Part shown: piece by piece, positions 53,749-63,768 of the stretch
Layout: every line of letters begins with the position of its first letter
How positions within the stretch are numbered: position 1 is the first letter of the stretch
DNA from: Candidatus Dormiibacterota bacterium
GTDB taxonomy: Bacteria > Chloroflexota > Dormibacteria > Aeolococcales > Aeolococcaceae
Direction: 5' to 3'
DNA: 64,000 nt
Assembly (NCBI GenBank): GCA_036495095.1
Contig: DASXNK010000196.1
Location: 11,472 to 75,471, forward strand
Notes under the pieces: model-generated
What the model saw: only the letters and a program-made list of their open reading frames with translations
The model's database searches: none
Told to the model about the DNA's origin: nothing
Made by a program: the position numbers and the translations under genes

Positions 53749-54295
53749 CCGGCACTCCTGGGGTGGTCGGCGCTACACCAACCATAACAACAACCATACT
53801 CCTACCAGAGCAGGCGAGATCGGCGGGAGGTGACACCCGGGCAGGGGGATCCGCCTCGGCTGAGCGGGCACCTTAACCGGCTTGGCGGCGGATATACTCA
53901 TAATCACAATAATCCTACAAGCGCTCGGCACGCGACACGCTGCCCGCCCTGGGCATCCCGGAGAGCTGCAGGGCAGAGGTGACCCCGACGTTGAAGAAGC
54001 GCGTTCTGATCCCGGCAGCCGAGCTGGTGCTCGCCCCGTTGATCTTCAGCTGGATGGTGATCGTGGGCCTGACCAAGGGCATCATCACGATCACGCCGGA
54101 CATCGGCCGCTATCGCAAGATGCGCGACATGTGACCTGCGGCCTGACTCGTGCAGGTCACGAGTCCGACCGATCGCGGGCTTGTCGGGTACACTGATCTC
54201 ATCACCCACTCGGGTGATGTTCGCTCGTGGTCGTCCCCCTTCTCGACCTGGACACGCGCGGCACCCCTTCCAGGTTCGGGAAATGGAGATACCGA

Positions 54296-54498
54296 TGCAG
54301 ACAGGCAACGTCAAGCGCATCGTCTTCGAGCGCGGCTTCGGTTTCATCACCGGTGACGATGGCCACGAGTACTTCTTCCATCGCAGCGGTCTGGACAGCT
54401 CGATCGACTTCGACCGGCTCGCCGGCGGCGAGCAGGTGAGCTTCGACCTGGAGCAGAGCGACAAGGGCCCCCGCGCCCGCGCGGTGCGGATGGCCTAG
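54296..54498 (+). CDS. cspA: Cold-shock protein (CspA family), second copy
   Basis: MQTGNVKRIVFERGFGFITGDDGHEYFFHRSGL... with RNP1/RNP2 motifs. RBS GGAGAT 5 nt upstream. About 60% identical to the csp at 37320. Confidence 0.9.
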
Positions 54499-54996
54499 GC
54501 ACTCGCCTCGCCGCGGGTGCGCTGGTCGCATCCGCGGTGGCGACGTGCGAGGCGGTGGAACCGAGAACGAGGATCACCACGGCCCGAGCACAGGGCTGAG
54601 GAGAGGCCAGTGAACGTCCGGCATTATCACGTCACCGAGCGGCTCGGGCAGACCGAGCGCGTGGTCGTCGCCACCTTCTCGTCGGCATTCCAGGCGGGAC
54701 GCGACATGGCGCTCCGCGAGCGCGCGTCGCACGCCGTCGTGCCGGAGCGGCGCGACGAGCCGATGGTCGAGTTCGGCCCCGGGGAGGACGCCCGGCGGGA
54801 GCCGCAGCAGCGAGCGGTCATCAGCTACGAGGCGTGCTGCTGCACCGTCGACACGGGGATCGCACCCGCCTGATCCGGGCCCGGCGCCCCGCGGCCGGTG
54901 CCGATGTGCGCGCAGGTCTCCCTGTCGAGACCCGCGCCCCGCCCCGGGCCCACGGTGACCCGCAGGGCCTGGTAGGGCCCATGTCCGGTCCCGGGG

Positions 54997-55806
54997 GTGG
55001 ATTTCCGGCGCCGATCGGCGTATGGTCGTGCCCGCCCGGGGGGCACAGGAAGGGAGGATCCAGTGGACGAGCACCGTGTGTGTGGCGAGCCCCCGAGAGG
55101 GCGGTGGGGAGTTCGGTCCGCGAGGCGGGCGGCGGTGGCCGCGGCGCTGGGCGCCGGCGGCCTCGCCGTGTCCGCGCTCGGCGGCGCCGGCGCCGGTCTG
55201 CGCGCGCAGGCTGCGGAGGTCATCCCCAACGATGTCTGGGTGGACAACGCCGGGGGCCATCTCGGACCCTTCCACGACGACGACAGGCGGCTGAGCTGCG
55301 CCCCCATCACCGTGACCGGGGCGCGCTTCGCGCACACCGCCGGCAGCTTCGAGATCGTGCTGGTGAGGCCCAGCGCCGGCCGGGACCACCCCGTCCTCGA
55401 GGCCGGCTGGCAGTTCGACCGCAGCCAGGGCGGCCACCAGCTCCTCCGCACCCTCAGCGGCGCCGAGCTGGTGTCGAAGGCGCGCGCGCTGGGCGCGACC
55501 GAGAGGTCCGGCGGGTTCCACTTCGAGTTCCGCTTCCTCCAGCAGCCCCACCAGCACAAGCCGTTCTGGGTATCGGCGGACTGCCCGGTCAGGGCGGCCG
55601 AGATCGCCCCCCGGCCGGCGGCGGCGGCACCGGCGCCGGTGGCCCCGATGCCCTCGACGCCGGTCGCGAAGGCGGCCGCGGTGACCCCGCCGAAGACCGG
55701 CGCGGACGTGCGCTGGGGCGGCGCCGCGCTGCTGGTCCTCGCGGGTGCCGGCCTCCTGGGCGGGGCGCGGCGGCTGCGGTGGCGGTGGTGGGTCAGCCGG
55801 GGCTGA
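54997..55806 (+). CDS. Secreted protein with a C-terminal sorting-signal-like segment (PPKTG + hydrophobic helix + RRLRWRWW)
   Basis: Signal-peptide-like N-terminus (RRAAVAAALGAGGLAVSALGGAGA; true start likely a GTG near 55075). C-terminus is TPPKTGADVRWGGAALLVLAGAGLLGGARRLRWRWW. A minus-strand ORF overlapping the same span has protein-unlike composition. Confidence 0.4.
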   Translation: MDFRRRSAYGRARPGGTGREDPVDEHRVCGEPPRGRWGVRSARRAAVAAALGAGGLAVSALGGAGAGLRAQAAEVIPNDVWVDNAGGHLGPFHDDDRRLSCAPITVTGARFAHTAGSFEIVLVRPSAGRDHPVLEAGWQFDRSQGGHQLLRTLSGAELVSKARALGATERSGGFHFEFRFLQQPHQHKPFWVSADCPVRAAEIAPRPAAAAPAPVAPMPSTPVAKAAAVTPPKTGADVRWGGAALLVLAGAGLLGGARRLRWRWWVSRG

Positions 55807-56308
55807 TCCCGATCGCCTCGTAGGAGGTCGCCTCGGTCACCCCGCCGGAGGCGCAGTCCGACGGGTGCGCGGGGTCGATCTCGCCGCTGATGCCGAACCT
55901 GTCGCCGGTGAACTCGCCCTGGGTGACCGTGCCGCTGCCGAGCAGGTGCCAGCCGGTGCTGCCGAACGAGAACATGCCCGCGGAGGTCCGGCCGTTGTCC
56001 CAGCGCACGGTGAAGTGGGCGGTGCCCTGCCCGGCGGCGCAGCTGAGCGAGCCCGTGCCCGCGCCGGTCAGCGTGCCCGACAGGATGGCGCCGTCGGCGA
56101 GCCGGCAGGGGCCGAGGTTCTGGGCCAGGGTGAAGCCGCCGTCCTGCGGGCTCGCGGTCACCCCCGGGGTGAACGCCACCCGTCCGAATCCGTAGCAGCC
56201 CTCAGGGCCCTGGCCCGCGGCGTGGGCCGCTCCCGGCAGCGCCACCCCCAGTCCGGTGCAGGCGACCACCACGGTCGCGGCCGCGGTGACAGCGGGCATC
56301 CGTCGCAT
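55793..56308 (-). CDS. Secreted hypothetical protein (171 aa)
   Basis: Signal peptide (MRRMPAVTAAATVVVACTGLGVALPGAAHAAG), then a Gly/Thr/Ser-rich beta-type domain with 4 Cys. Confidence 0.5.
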   Translation of the reverse strand: MRRMPAVTAAATVVVACTGLGVALPGAAHAAGQGPEGCYGFGRVAFTPGVTASPQDGGFTLAQNLGPCRLADGAILSGTLTGAGTGSLSCAAGQGTAHFTVRWDNGRTSAGMFSFGSTGWHLLGSGTVTQGEFTGDRFGISGEIDPAHPSDCASGGVTEATSYEAIGISPG

Positions 56309-56970
56309 CAGCTCATCCCTCCTTGGCGCCGGTGGCGCACGGGTCCTGTCTGGTGCCGCCGCACGGTGGCGACGGTGACCACGGTGTGGGCGAGGTCGCG
56401 GGCGCCCCGCTGGGCGCGCACCTCGAAGCCCGACGACGCCACCTCGGCGCGAAGCTCGCCGCGGGTCGGCCAGGAGCCGGCGCCGAGCAGGCGGGTGCCC
56501 GCCCCGCTCATCAGCCGGCTCATCGCCGGCGTGCGCGGGTTGATCATGGCGATCACCAGCAGGCCGCCGGGGCGGAGCACCCGGTGGAACTCGGCGAGCG
56601 CGGCGCGGCGATCGGGCAGGAAGTGGAAGGCCTGGGTGGTCACCACCGCGTCGAGGGCGCCGTCGCGCAGCGGCAGGCGGAGCGCGTCGCCCTGCACCCA
56701 GGCGCCGCGGACGCGTGCGGCGGCGCGCCGCAGCATCCCCATCGACAGGTCGCAGCCCACCACCCGCGGACCCCGGGCATCCGCACCGATCCGCGCGGCG
56801 AGGATGCCGGTGCCGCAGCCGACGTCGAGCACCCGGCGCGACCCCTCGGCCCGCAGCTCGGCGACGACCGCGTCGTGGGCGGCGCGGTACACCACCCGCT
56901 GCAGCGCCCCGGTGTCGTACAGGTGCGCGGCGCGGTCGAAGAAGCGCCGGACCCGCGGCGAGCCGGCGGT
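56308..56970 (-). CDS. Class I SAM-dependent methyltransferase
   Basis: Motif I VLDVGCGTGILAARIG, motif post-I VVGCDLS, and LRPGGLLVI. The 503-aa ORF in the track is a fusion. Confidence 0.7.
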   Translation of the reverse strand, partial: TAGSPRVRRFFDRAAHLYDTGALQRVVYRAAHDAVVAELRAEGSRRVLDVGCGTGILAARIGADARGPRVVGCDLSMGMLRRAAARVRGAWVQGDALRLPLRDGALDAVVTTQAFHFLPDRRAALAEFHRVLRPGGLLVIAMINPRTPAMSRLMSGAGTRLLGAGSWPTRGELRAEVASSGFEVRAQRGARDLAHTVVTVATVRRHQTGPVRHRRQGGMS

Positions 56971-57641
56971 CACGGCGCGCCGCCGGGGGCGTCGGGGCGC
57001 GTCCGCCCGGAGAGGATCGCCTCGGCGAGGCGGATCACCACCGGCGCCTGCTCGGGGAGGTGCTCGATGCGGTCGAGGCGGGCGGCCTCGCGCACCAGCT
57101 CGGCGATACCGCCGACCAGCATCGTCAGCTCGGTGCCGTCGGCCTCGGGGATGGCGGGGTCCTGGCTGCGCGCGATCGCGTTGAGGGTGCGCATCTGCGC
57201 GACCGACCACTCCAGCGCCTGGGCGCGCAGCTCCAGCGCGCGGCCGCCCACGGTGGTCACCGCCGCCTCCGCGGCGCGCACCAGCCGAGGCTCGGCGGCG
57301 AGGGTGTCGAAGTAGGTCTGCAGGCTGACCCGCAGCCGGGTCCGCCAGTCCCGCCCGGGGACGGCGGCGAGCTCGGCGGCGATCCGGCCGGCGACGAAGC
57401 GCTGTCCCAGCCGGCCGGCGGCGAGGATGCAGTCCTCCTTGTCGGCGAAGTGCTCGTAGAAGGTGCGCCGGGAGACCCGGGCGCGCTCGACGATGTCGCC
57501 GACGGTCATCGCGGCGCAGCCCGTGGTGCCCATCAGCTGGCCGGCCGCGGCGATGAGTCGCCCCCGATGCGAGGCAAGGACGGCCTCCCTGGCGGTGCGG
57601 TGGCGCTCCAGGAAGGGAGAGCCGGTACCTTCCTGTACCAA
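56970..57641 (-). CDS. TetR/AcrR-family transcriptional regulator
   Basis: N-terminal HTH (MTVGDIVERARVSRRTFYEHFADKEDCILAA). Confidence 0.8.
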   Translation of the reverse strand: MVQEGTGSPFLERHRTAREAVLASHRGRLIAAAGQLMGTTGCAAMTVGDIVERARVSRRTFYEHFADKEDCILAAGRLGQRFVAGRIAAELAAVPGRDWRTRLRVSLQTYFDTLAAEPRLVRAAEAAVTTVGGRALELRAQALEWSVAQMRTLNAIARSQDPAIPEADGTELTMLVGGIAELVREAARLDRIEHLPEQAPVVIRLAEAILSGRTRPDAPGGAP

Positions 57642-57739
57642 AGTGGTATCGGAGTGTACCCAGGGGCGCGGGCGGGGTCAACCGTAACCACGACCGGTAC
57701 TCCCAGGTGGCGATCCATCCACCCCCTGAGGAGCTCTCC

Positions 57740-58345
57740 ATGGACGCATCCACCCCGCGCGCCGGCACCCGCGGCGCGCTCGCGCGCACCACCGCCCTCG
57801 GTGTCACCGCCGCGGCCACCCTCGGCCTCGCCGCCTGCGGCGGCTCGTCGGGCTACGGCTCCGCCGCCGGCTCGTCCGCGTCCTCGACGTCCGGGCAGGC
57901 CCCGGCGGCCGCCGGGGCCGCCAACCCCGCGATCACCGTCGCGGCCGCCAGCGTACCCGGGGTGGGGACGGTGCTGGTCAACGGCAGCGGCCGCACCCTC
58001 TACCTGCTCACCTCCGAGAAGAGCGGCACCCTGACCTGCACCGACGACAACGGCTGCACCAAGGTCTGGCCCGACACCGAGCTGCCCTCCGGCACCATCG
58101 CCCCGATCGCGGGCAGTGGCATCCAGGCGTCGATGCTGAGCACCGTCAAGGGGCCGAGCGGCGCGCTGTACATCACCTACGCGGGCTGGCCGCTGTACAC
58201 GTTCTCGGGCGACTCCGGACCCGGGCAGGCGCACGGCCAGGGCATCGTGAGCTTCGGCGGCACCTGGCAGACGCTGAGCCCCGCGGGCACCCCGGTCACC
58301 GGTACCTCGTCGAGCAGCTCGAGCACCGGCGGCTCCGGCTACTGA
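57740..58345 (+). CDS. Lipoprotein of the COG4315 family (Y-x-[FWY]-x-x-D motif lipoprotein)
   Basis: Lipobox LAAC. Repeated modules TLYLLTSEKSGTLTCTDDNGCTKVWP and ALYITYAGWPLYTFSGDSGPGQAHGQG. Confidence 0.65.
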   Translation: MDASTPRAGTRGALARTTALGVTAAATLGLAACGGSSGYGSAAGSSASSTSGQAPAAAGAANPAITVAAASVPGVGTVLVNGSGRTLYLLTSEKSGTLTCTDDNGCTKVWPDTELPSGTIAPIAGSGIQASMLSTVKGPSGALYITYAGWPLYTFSGDSGPGQAHGQGIVSFGGTWQTLSPAGTPVTGTSSSSSSTGGSGY

Positions 58346-58379
58346 ACGGGGGAGGCCCACCGGCTCCGGAGCCGGGCGG

Positions 58380-60719
58380 TCAGCCCGCCTCGCGCTCGGC
58401 GGCGGCGAGCTCCCGGACCCGGCGGGAGCGCTCCTCCTCGGCCGACGCCTCGGCGAGCCCGGCGGGGCGCAGGCGCACCCGCACGTTCTTGTGGTGCGGG
58501 GTGCCGGCGATGGGGTCGCGGTCGTCGCCGGCGGTGAGCACGTTGATGCGCGGTCCGTCGACGATCCGGCCGCCGCGGCCGTCGGGGTACGCCTGCCCGT
58601 AGCCGTGGGGGAGGGTGACCACGCCCGGACGCAGGCTGGGATCGGCCTCGATGCGCGCCAGCAGCCGCCCGGTCGGCGTCGCCACCTCCATCCAACCGCC
58701 GGCCTCGCCACCGAGCCGCTCGATGTCGGCGGGATGGATGCGCAGCGCGCCGTCGGGGTCGCTCCTCCGCCACGCCGGGGTGCGGAAGATCTGGTTGGCG
58801 TTGTGCATGCGTCGCTGCCCGGCGACCAGGGTGAACGGGTGCTCGGGGTCGTCGCCCTCGGCCGCGGGTTCGAGGGCGGCGAGCCACTCGAGGAGCGGGG
58901 CGACGGCGAGGTGCACCCGTCGGTCGGGGTGGCGCAGCATCGACCACACGTCGTCGTGGCGGTGGACCGAGAACACGGTCCCCGAGGGCGACGAGACCAC
59001 CCGGGCGAAGAGCGCCTCGCCGAGCTGCGCGCCCTCACCGACGATGCCCGCGGCGCGCACCGCCTCGGGCTCGCGCGCCGCCAGGGTGTGGCACGCCGGC
59101 CACAGCGGCGCCGCCGCTCCGGCGCCCCCGGGCAGGGTGCGGCCCAGGGTCTCGTAGAGCACCGCCGGCGCCACCGCGGCCCAGCCCGGCTCGGAGCCGA
59201 GCAGCAGGCGCACCCGCTCGGCGAACCCCGCACGGTCGGTGGCGGCGAGGCCGCGCAGCTCGGCGAGCGTGCTCTCCGGGGGGAGCGCCCCCATGGTGCG
59301 GAGCAGGCGGGTGTAGATCTCCGGCTCGGCGAGCGTGCCCGGCAGCGGTTCGAGCACCGGCGGGCGCACGTGGATGGTGTTCGCGGGGAAGTCGAAGGTG
59401 AAGAGCGTGTACTCCCACTTCTCGTACTGCGAGGAGGCGGGCAGCACGTAGTCGGCGAGGGCCGCGGTCTCGGTCATGGCGACGTCGACGACCACCAGCA
59501 GGTCGAGCGCGTCCACCGCCCGCGCGAAGCGTGCGCTGTCGGCCGCGGTGCTGGCCGGGTTCGCGCTGTCGACCCAGAGGGCGCGGACCCGCCGGGGGTG
59601 GTCGGTGAGGATCTCCTCGGGCAGGCGGTTGGGGGGATAGAGACCGGCGATCTGCTCCTGGCCGGTCACCGCGCTCCGCTGGCCGCGCGAGTTCCCCCAC
59701 AGCGGCTGGAGCACGCCGTGGAGGACGTTGGTGCCGGTGCGGCCGAAGTTGCCGGTGAGCAGGAAGAGCAGCTTCTCCAGGTAGGAGTTGAGCGTGGAGT
59801 GGCGGGACTGCTGCAGCCCCAGCTCCACCCGGACGCACATCGACGGGGCGGCGAGGATGAGGTCGACGGCGCGCTCGACGGCATCGATGGGCACCCCGGC
59901 GTGGGCGATCCATGCCTCGACGTCGACGGTGCGGAGCACCGCCGCCACCGCCTCGAAGCCCTCGGTGCGGGCGTCGAGGAACTCGCGGTCCTCGCCGCCG
60001 CGGCCGAGGATCATCGCCAGGATGGCGCCGAGCAGGAAGGCGTCGGTGCCGGGACGGAGCTGGAGGTGGAGGTCGGCCATGTCCGCCGCCTCGGTGCGGC
60101 GGGGGTCGATGACCAGCATCCGCCGCGCCGGGTCGTTGCGGATCTCCTTCAGCGCCAGGCGGGCGTTGGCAAAGCCGTGGGCCAGCCAGGGGTTGCAGCC
60201 GATCACGACCAGGAGGTCGGTGTTCTCGACGTCCTCGCCGGTGTGGCAGGTCTGGGCGCCGAAGAGGTGGCCGTTGACCCAGAAGTCCCCGGTCTTCTCC
60301 TGGGCGAGGGCGTTGTAGTAGTTCGTCGAGCCCATCGCCCGCATCAGCGACACGCCGTAGGCGCCGCCGAGGTGGTTGCCCTGACCGCCGCCGCCGTAGA
60401 AGGCGAAGGCGTCGCCGCCGTGGGCCGCGCGCAACCCGCTCAGCCGCTCGGCGAGGTCGTCGACCGCCTGCTCCCATGACACCGGCTCGAACCCGCCCGC
60501 GGCGGTCCGCCGCAGCGGGGTCTGCAGCCGGTCGGCGTGCTCGCCGTAGAAGTGGAGCCGCTGCGCCTTCTGGCACAGGTAGCCGCGCGACCGGGGATGG
60601 GCCCGGTCGCCCCGCACCCGCGCGATGCGCCCGTCCTCGACGCCCAGCTCCACCCCGCAGTTGACGTAGCAGAGGATGCAGGCGGTCTGCCGCCACTCGA
60701 CACCGGTGGGTTCACTCAT
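58380..60719 (-). CDS. Cytoplasmic molybdopterin oxidoreductase (MopB superfamily; formate-dehydrogenase / assimilatory nitrate-reductase-like monomeric enzyme)
   Basis: Start MSEPTGVEWRQTACILCYVNCGVELGVEDGRIARVRGDRAHPRSRGYLCQKAQ with 4Fe-4S motif C-x2-C-x3-C...C. 779 aa, MopB segments throughout. No signal peptide. Confidence 0.75.
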   Translation of the reverse strand: MSEPTGVEWRQTACILCYVNCGVELGVEDGRIARVRGDRAHPRSRGYLCQKAQRLHFYGEHADRLQTPLRRTAAGGFEPVSWEQAVDDLAERLSGLRAAHGGDAFAFYGGGGQGNHLGGAYGVSLMRAMGSTNYYNALAQEKTGDFWVNGHLFGAQTCHTGEDVENTDLLVVIGCNPWLAHGFANARLALKEIRNDPARRMLVIDPRRTEAADMADLHLQLRPGTDAFLLGAILAMILGRGGEDREFLDARTEGFEAVAAVLRTVDVEAWIAHAGVPIDAVERAVDLILAAPSMCVRVELGLQQSRHSTLNSYLEKLLFLLTGNFGRTGTNVLHGVLQPLWGNSRGQRSAVTGQEQIAGLYPPNRLPEEILTDHPRRVRALWVDSANPASTAADSARFARAVDALDLLVVVDVAMTETAALADYVLPASSQYEKWEYTLFTFDFPANTIHVRPPVLEPLPGTLAEPEIYTRLLRTMGALPPESTLAELRGLAATDRAGFAERVRLLLGSEPGWAAVAPAVLYETLGRTLPGGAGAAAPLWPACHTLAAREPEAVRAAGIVGEGAQLGEALFARVVSSPSGTVFSVHRHDDVWSMLRHPDRRVHLAVAPLLEWLAALEPAAEGDDPEHPFTLVAGQRRMHNANQIFRTPAWRRSDPDGALRIHPADIERLGGEAGGWMEVATPTGRLLARIEADPSLRPGVVTLPHGYGQAYPDGRGGRIVDGPRINVLTAGDDRDPIAGTPHHKNVRVRLRPAGLAEASAEEERSRRVRELAAAEREAG

Positions 60720-60772
60720 AGGACGCACTGTAGTCCAGTGAGTTCTGTTACGCAACCCTATATGATGACCCC

Positions 60773-61258
60773 ATGCAGCGGACCAGCTTCAAGGACATGA
60801 ACTGCTCGCTCGCCCAGTGTTTGGAGGTGGTGGGGGAGTGGTGGTCGATGCTGATCCTGCGCGACGCGTTCCTCGGGGTCAGCCGGTTCGACGACTTCCA
60901 GGCCCGCCTCGGCATCTCCCGCAACGTGCTCAACCAGCGGCTCGCCCACCTCGTCGACGAGGGCGTGCTCGAGCGGGTGCCGTACCAGCAGCGGCCCGTC
61001 CGCAACGACTACCGCCTCACCGACAAGGGGCGCGACCTCTGGCACGTGCTCACCGCGATGCGCCAGTGGGGCGACCGGTGGGCCGCGCCCGGCGGGCCGC
61101 CCCTCGAGCTGCTGCACAGGGAGTGCGGCCATGTCACCGAGGCGGTGCCGACCTGCTCCGAGTGCGGCGGGGCCCTGCATGCCCGGGCGGTGCGCGCCGT
61201 GGCGGGCCCGGGTCACCGTGGTGAGACGGTGATCCCGGAGCGCCGCCCGCGCAGCTGA
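60773..61258 (+). CDS. HxlR-family winged-helix transcriptional regulator with a C-terminal Cys4 zinc-ribbon-like tail
   Basis: CSLAQCLEVVGEWWSMLILRDAFLGVSRFDDFQARLGISRNVLNQRLAHLVDEGVLERVPY, then CGH...CSECGG. Confidence 0.7.
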   Translation: MQRTSFKDMNCSLAQCLEVVGEWWSMLILRDAFLGVSRFDDFQARLGISRNVLNQRLAHLVDEGVLERVPYQQRPVRNDYRLTDKGRDLWHVLTAMRQWGDRWAAPGGPPLELLHRECGHVTEAVPTCSECGGALHARAVRAVAGPGHRGETVIPERRPRS

Positions 61259-61270
61259 GGCGCCGAGAGC

Positions 61271-61810
61271 CTACGGAATCGTGTGCCCGGTGGCGAGGAT
61301 CCAGGCCGGCACCCAGAAGGTGTAGATCGCGGTGGCGACGAGGATGACCCCGAGCGCCTTCGGCTGGAACTTGCCGTAGGTGGTCGCGGTCACCGCGAGG
61401 AAGGTCACCATCCAGAAGACCAGGATCGACTGGAACATCCAGCTGCCGGTGAAGAAGTGCCAGTAGAGGAGCGGGGCGAGGCCGACCGCGGCGGAGACGT
61501 TGCCCAGGGGCCGCAGGTCGAGGCCGAAGATCTCGGTGGCGCCGAGGAGGGTGAAGAACGCCGCGTAGAAGATCACCAGTCCGGCGAGCAGCACTGCGGC
61601 GTCGCCGAGCGGCGCGGGACGGGCCTGGATCAGGTAGAAGGCCTGGATGAAGTCGACGATGCCGGCGACCAGGGTGATCACCCCGACCGCCCTCAGCGGG
61701 TTGGACCCGTCCTTGGAGTCGGCCCCCGCTCCGAGGAAGAACAGACCGTTCGCCCACACGGCGATCCCGGTCAGGAAGAAGACGATCGTGATGGGAAGTG
61801 GTGCAGCCAT
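61271..61810 (-). CDS. AmiS/UreI-family channel (urea/short-chain-amide transporter), 6 TM
   Basis: 179 aa, six hydrophobic helices. Size and topology fit AmiS/UreI. Confidence 0.45.
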   Translation of the reverse strand: MAAPLPITIVFFLTGIAVWANGLFFLGAGADSKDGSNPLRAVGVITLVAGIVDFIQAFYLIQARPAPLGDAAVLLAGLVIFYAAFFTLLGATEIFGLDLRPLGNVSAAVGLAPLLYWHFFTGSWMFQSILVFWMVTFLAVTATTYGKFQPKALGVILVATAIYTFWVPAWILATGHTIP

Positions 61811-61916
61811 GACGGTGCCCTCGTGGGGGCTGATGAGGTTCCGGATAGTAGACGCACGCCGATAAGATAGTAAACGTCACCGGACAGAGGAACGAACCCC
61901 AGGGCGACCGTCCGGG

Positions 61917-63413
61917 TCAGACGACGACCTGCAGCCGCTCGGAGCTCGACGCCGACCGCTCGTACTCGCGCCACGCCCGGGCGAGGCGGCCGACGCCGTC
62001 GCGGAGGGTGGCGGCGTCGCGGGTGAGCGGCAACCGCACGTGATCGTCGAAGGCGCCGCGGGCGGACATCACCGGCCCGGGGACGATCGCCACCCCGTGG
62101 CCGCCGGCCAGCGCCGCCAGCTCGCTCGCGCTGCCGAAGGGCAGGCGGACCCAGAGGCTGCTACCGCCCTCCGGCCGGCGCCAGGTCCAGCCGGGGAGCT
62201 GCCGGGTGAGCAGGCCGGTGAGCAGGTCGAGGGCCTCGCCCAGCTCGCGGCGCCGCAGCTCGCGGATCTCGGGCGCCCGGTCGAGCAGGCCGACGGCGAC
62301 CGCCTGGCCGATGATCGACGTGCCCAGGTCGGCCACCGCCTTCACCCGGCCGAGGTGGGCGATCAGCGGGCGGGGCCCGCGGATCCATCCGATCCGCAGC
62401 CCGCCCCAGAAGAGCTTGCTCAGCGAGCCGACGGTGAGCACCGGGCCGCCGCCGGCATGGACCGCCACCGGGGGCGGGGGGTCGCCGCCGAGGCTCAGCT
62501 CGGCGAGGGCGTCGTCCTCGATCACGGGCACGTCGTAGGCGCGTGCCAGCGCGGCGAGGCGGCGGCGCCCGGGCTCGGGCAGGGTCGCGCCGGTGGGATT
62601 GTGGGAGGTCGGCATCAGGTACACGGCGCGCACCGGGTGGTCGGCCATCGTCGCCGCCAGGGCGTCGAGGTCGACCCCGGAGGCGTGGACGGGCACGGTG
62701 AGGATGCGCGCCCCGGCGGTGCGGAAGGCGTCGATGGCGCCGGGGAACGTCGGGTCCTCGACGACCACCACGGCTCCCGGCTCGAGCAGGCAGGTGGCGA
62801 GAACGCTGATCGCCTGCTGGGCGCCGCCGGTGATCAGCACCTCCTCGGCCGTGGTGGGGAGCCCCAGGGAGGTGAGGTGGGCGGCGACGGCGCGCCGCAG
62901 CGGCGGATGGCCGAGCGGCTGGACGCCGTGGTGCGCACCCAGCCCGTCGAGGTCGATCGCCGCGGTGGCGGCGCGCAGCGCCTCGCGTACCGCCGGCCCC
63001 GCCGGGGCGCAGGTGCCGATGAGGTCGACCCCGAGGTCGCCCGCGGCATTGAGCCCGCGGAAGAGCAGGTTGCGCTGCAGCGCGGTGGCCAGCTCCGCGG
63101 CCCGTCCCGAGGTGAGGGAGGTGGTCTCGGAGCGCACCACGGTGCCGCTGCCCTGGCGTCGCTCGACCAGCCCCAGGTCGCCCAGGGTGGCGAGGGCCGC
63201 GACCACGGTGCCGCGACCGACGCCGAGCTGGGCGGCGAGCGACCGCTCCGGGGGAAGCCGAAGCCCGGGCACCAGCTCGCCGGCCTCGATGCCGAGGCGG
63301 AGGGTGGCTGCGAGGCGGTCGCGCAGCGCGCCCTCCCGGTTCCGCCAGCCGGCGAGCACGCTGCGCAGCTCCGGGGGCAGGACCGGTCCAATGGGCGGTT
63401 GATTGGCTCTCAT
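61917..63413 (-). CDS. MocR/GabR-family regulator (GntR-type HTH fused to a PLP-dependent aminotransferase class I/II domain)
   Basis: ATG at 63413 (MRANQPPIG...). HTH (LPPERSLAAQLGVGRGTVVAALATLGDLGLVERRQGSGTVV). Aminotransferase domain with PLP lysine context (VLTVGSLSKLFWGGLRIGW). Confidence 0.75.
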   Translation of the reverse strand: MRANQPPIGPVLPPELRSVLAGWRNREGALRDRLAATLRLGIEAGELVPGLRLPPERSLAAQLGVGRGTVVAALATLGDLGLVERRQGSGTVVRSETTSLTSGRAAELATALQRNLLFRGLNAAGDLGVDLIGTCAPAGPAVREALRAATAAIDLDGLGAHHGVQPLGHPPLRRAVAAHLTSLGLPTTAEEVLITGGAQQAISVLATCLLEPGAVVVVEDPTFPGAIDAFRTAGARILTVPVHASGVDLDALAATMADHPVRAVYLMPTSHNPTGATLPEPGRRRLAALARAYDVPVIEDDALAELSLGGDPPPPVAVHAGGGPVLTVGSLSKLFWGGLRIGWIRGPRPLIAHLGRVKAVADLGTSIIGQAVAVGLLDRAPEIRELRRRELGEALDLLTGLLTRQLPGWTWRRPEGGSSLWVRLPFGSASELAALAGGHGVAIVPGPVMSARGAFDDHVRLPLTRDAATLRDGVGRLARAWREYERSASSSERLQVVV

Positions 63414-63768
63414 GATTGGCTCTATTGTGCCACTGAGCCGCCACCTGGAGGGGTCACCGGGATCCCGTGCGGCGCCACCGTGGAGGGCCGTGATGGGCGC
63501 CGTCGTCCTGCTCGTGGTGCTGCTCGCCGTCTGCCTGGTGGCGCCCTTCGCGGGCGCCGACTCGCGTCCCGCGCCGGAGGACCGGAGGCCGTGGTGGCCG
63601 GGCCGCGCCCCGGAGCGACCGGTCGCGCCGCGGGCCCGCATCCTCCGCCTGCCCCTGCCGGCGCCGGAGGGTGACCTCGCCACCCCCTTGAACTGAGCGC
63701 GGCCGCGGGCTAGGCTCGGTGCCGGCCCACCTCGTGTCCCTGGAGGTGGCGGAAGGGTGGGAGGGGTG

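Noticed and set aside
54574-55557. 327-aa minus-strand ORF overlapping the 54997-55806 plus-strand gene
   Set aside because: Protein-unlike composition (runs of G, A, R, P) and no motifs. The plus-strand frame encodes a signal peptide and sorting-signal-like C-terminus.
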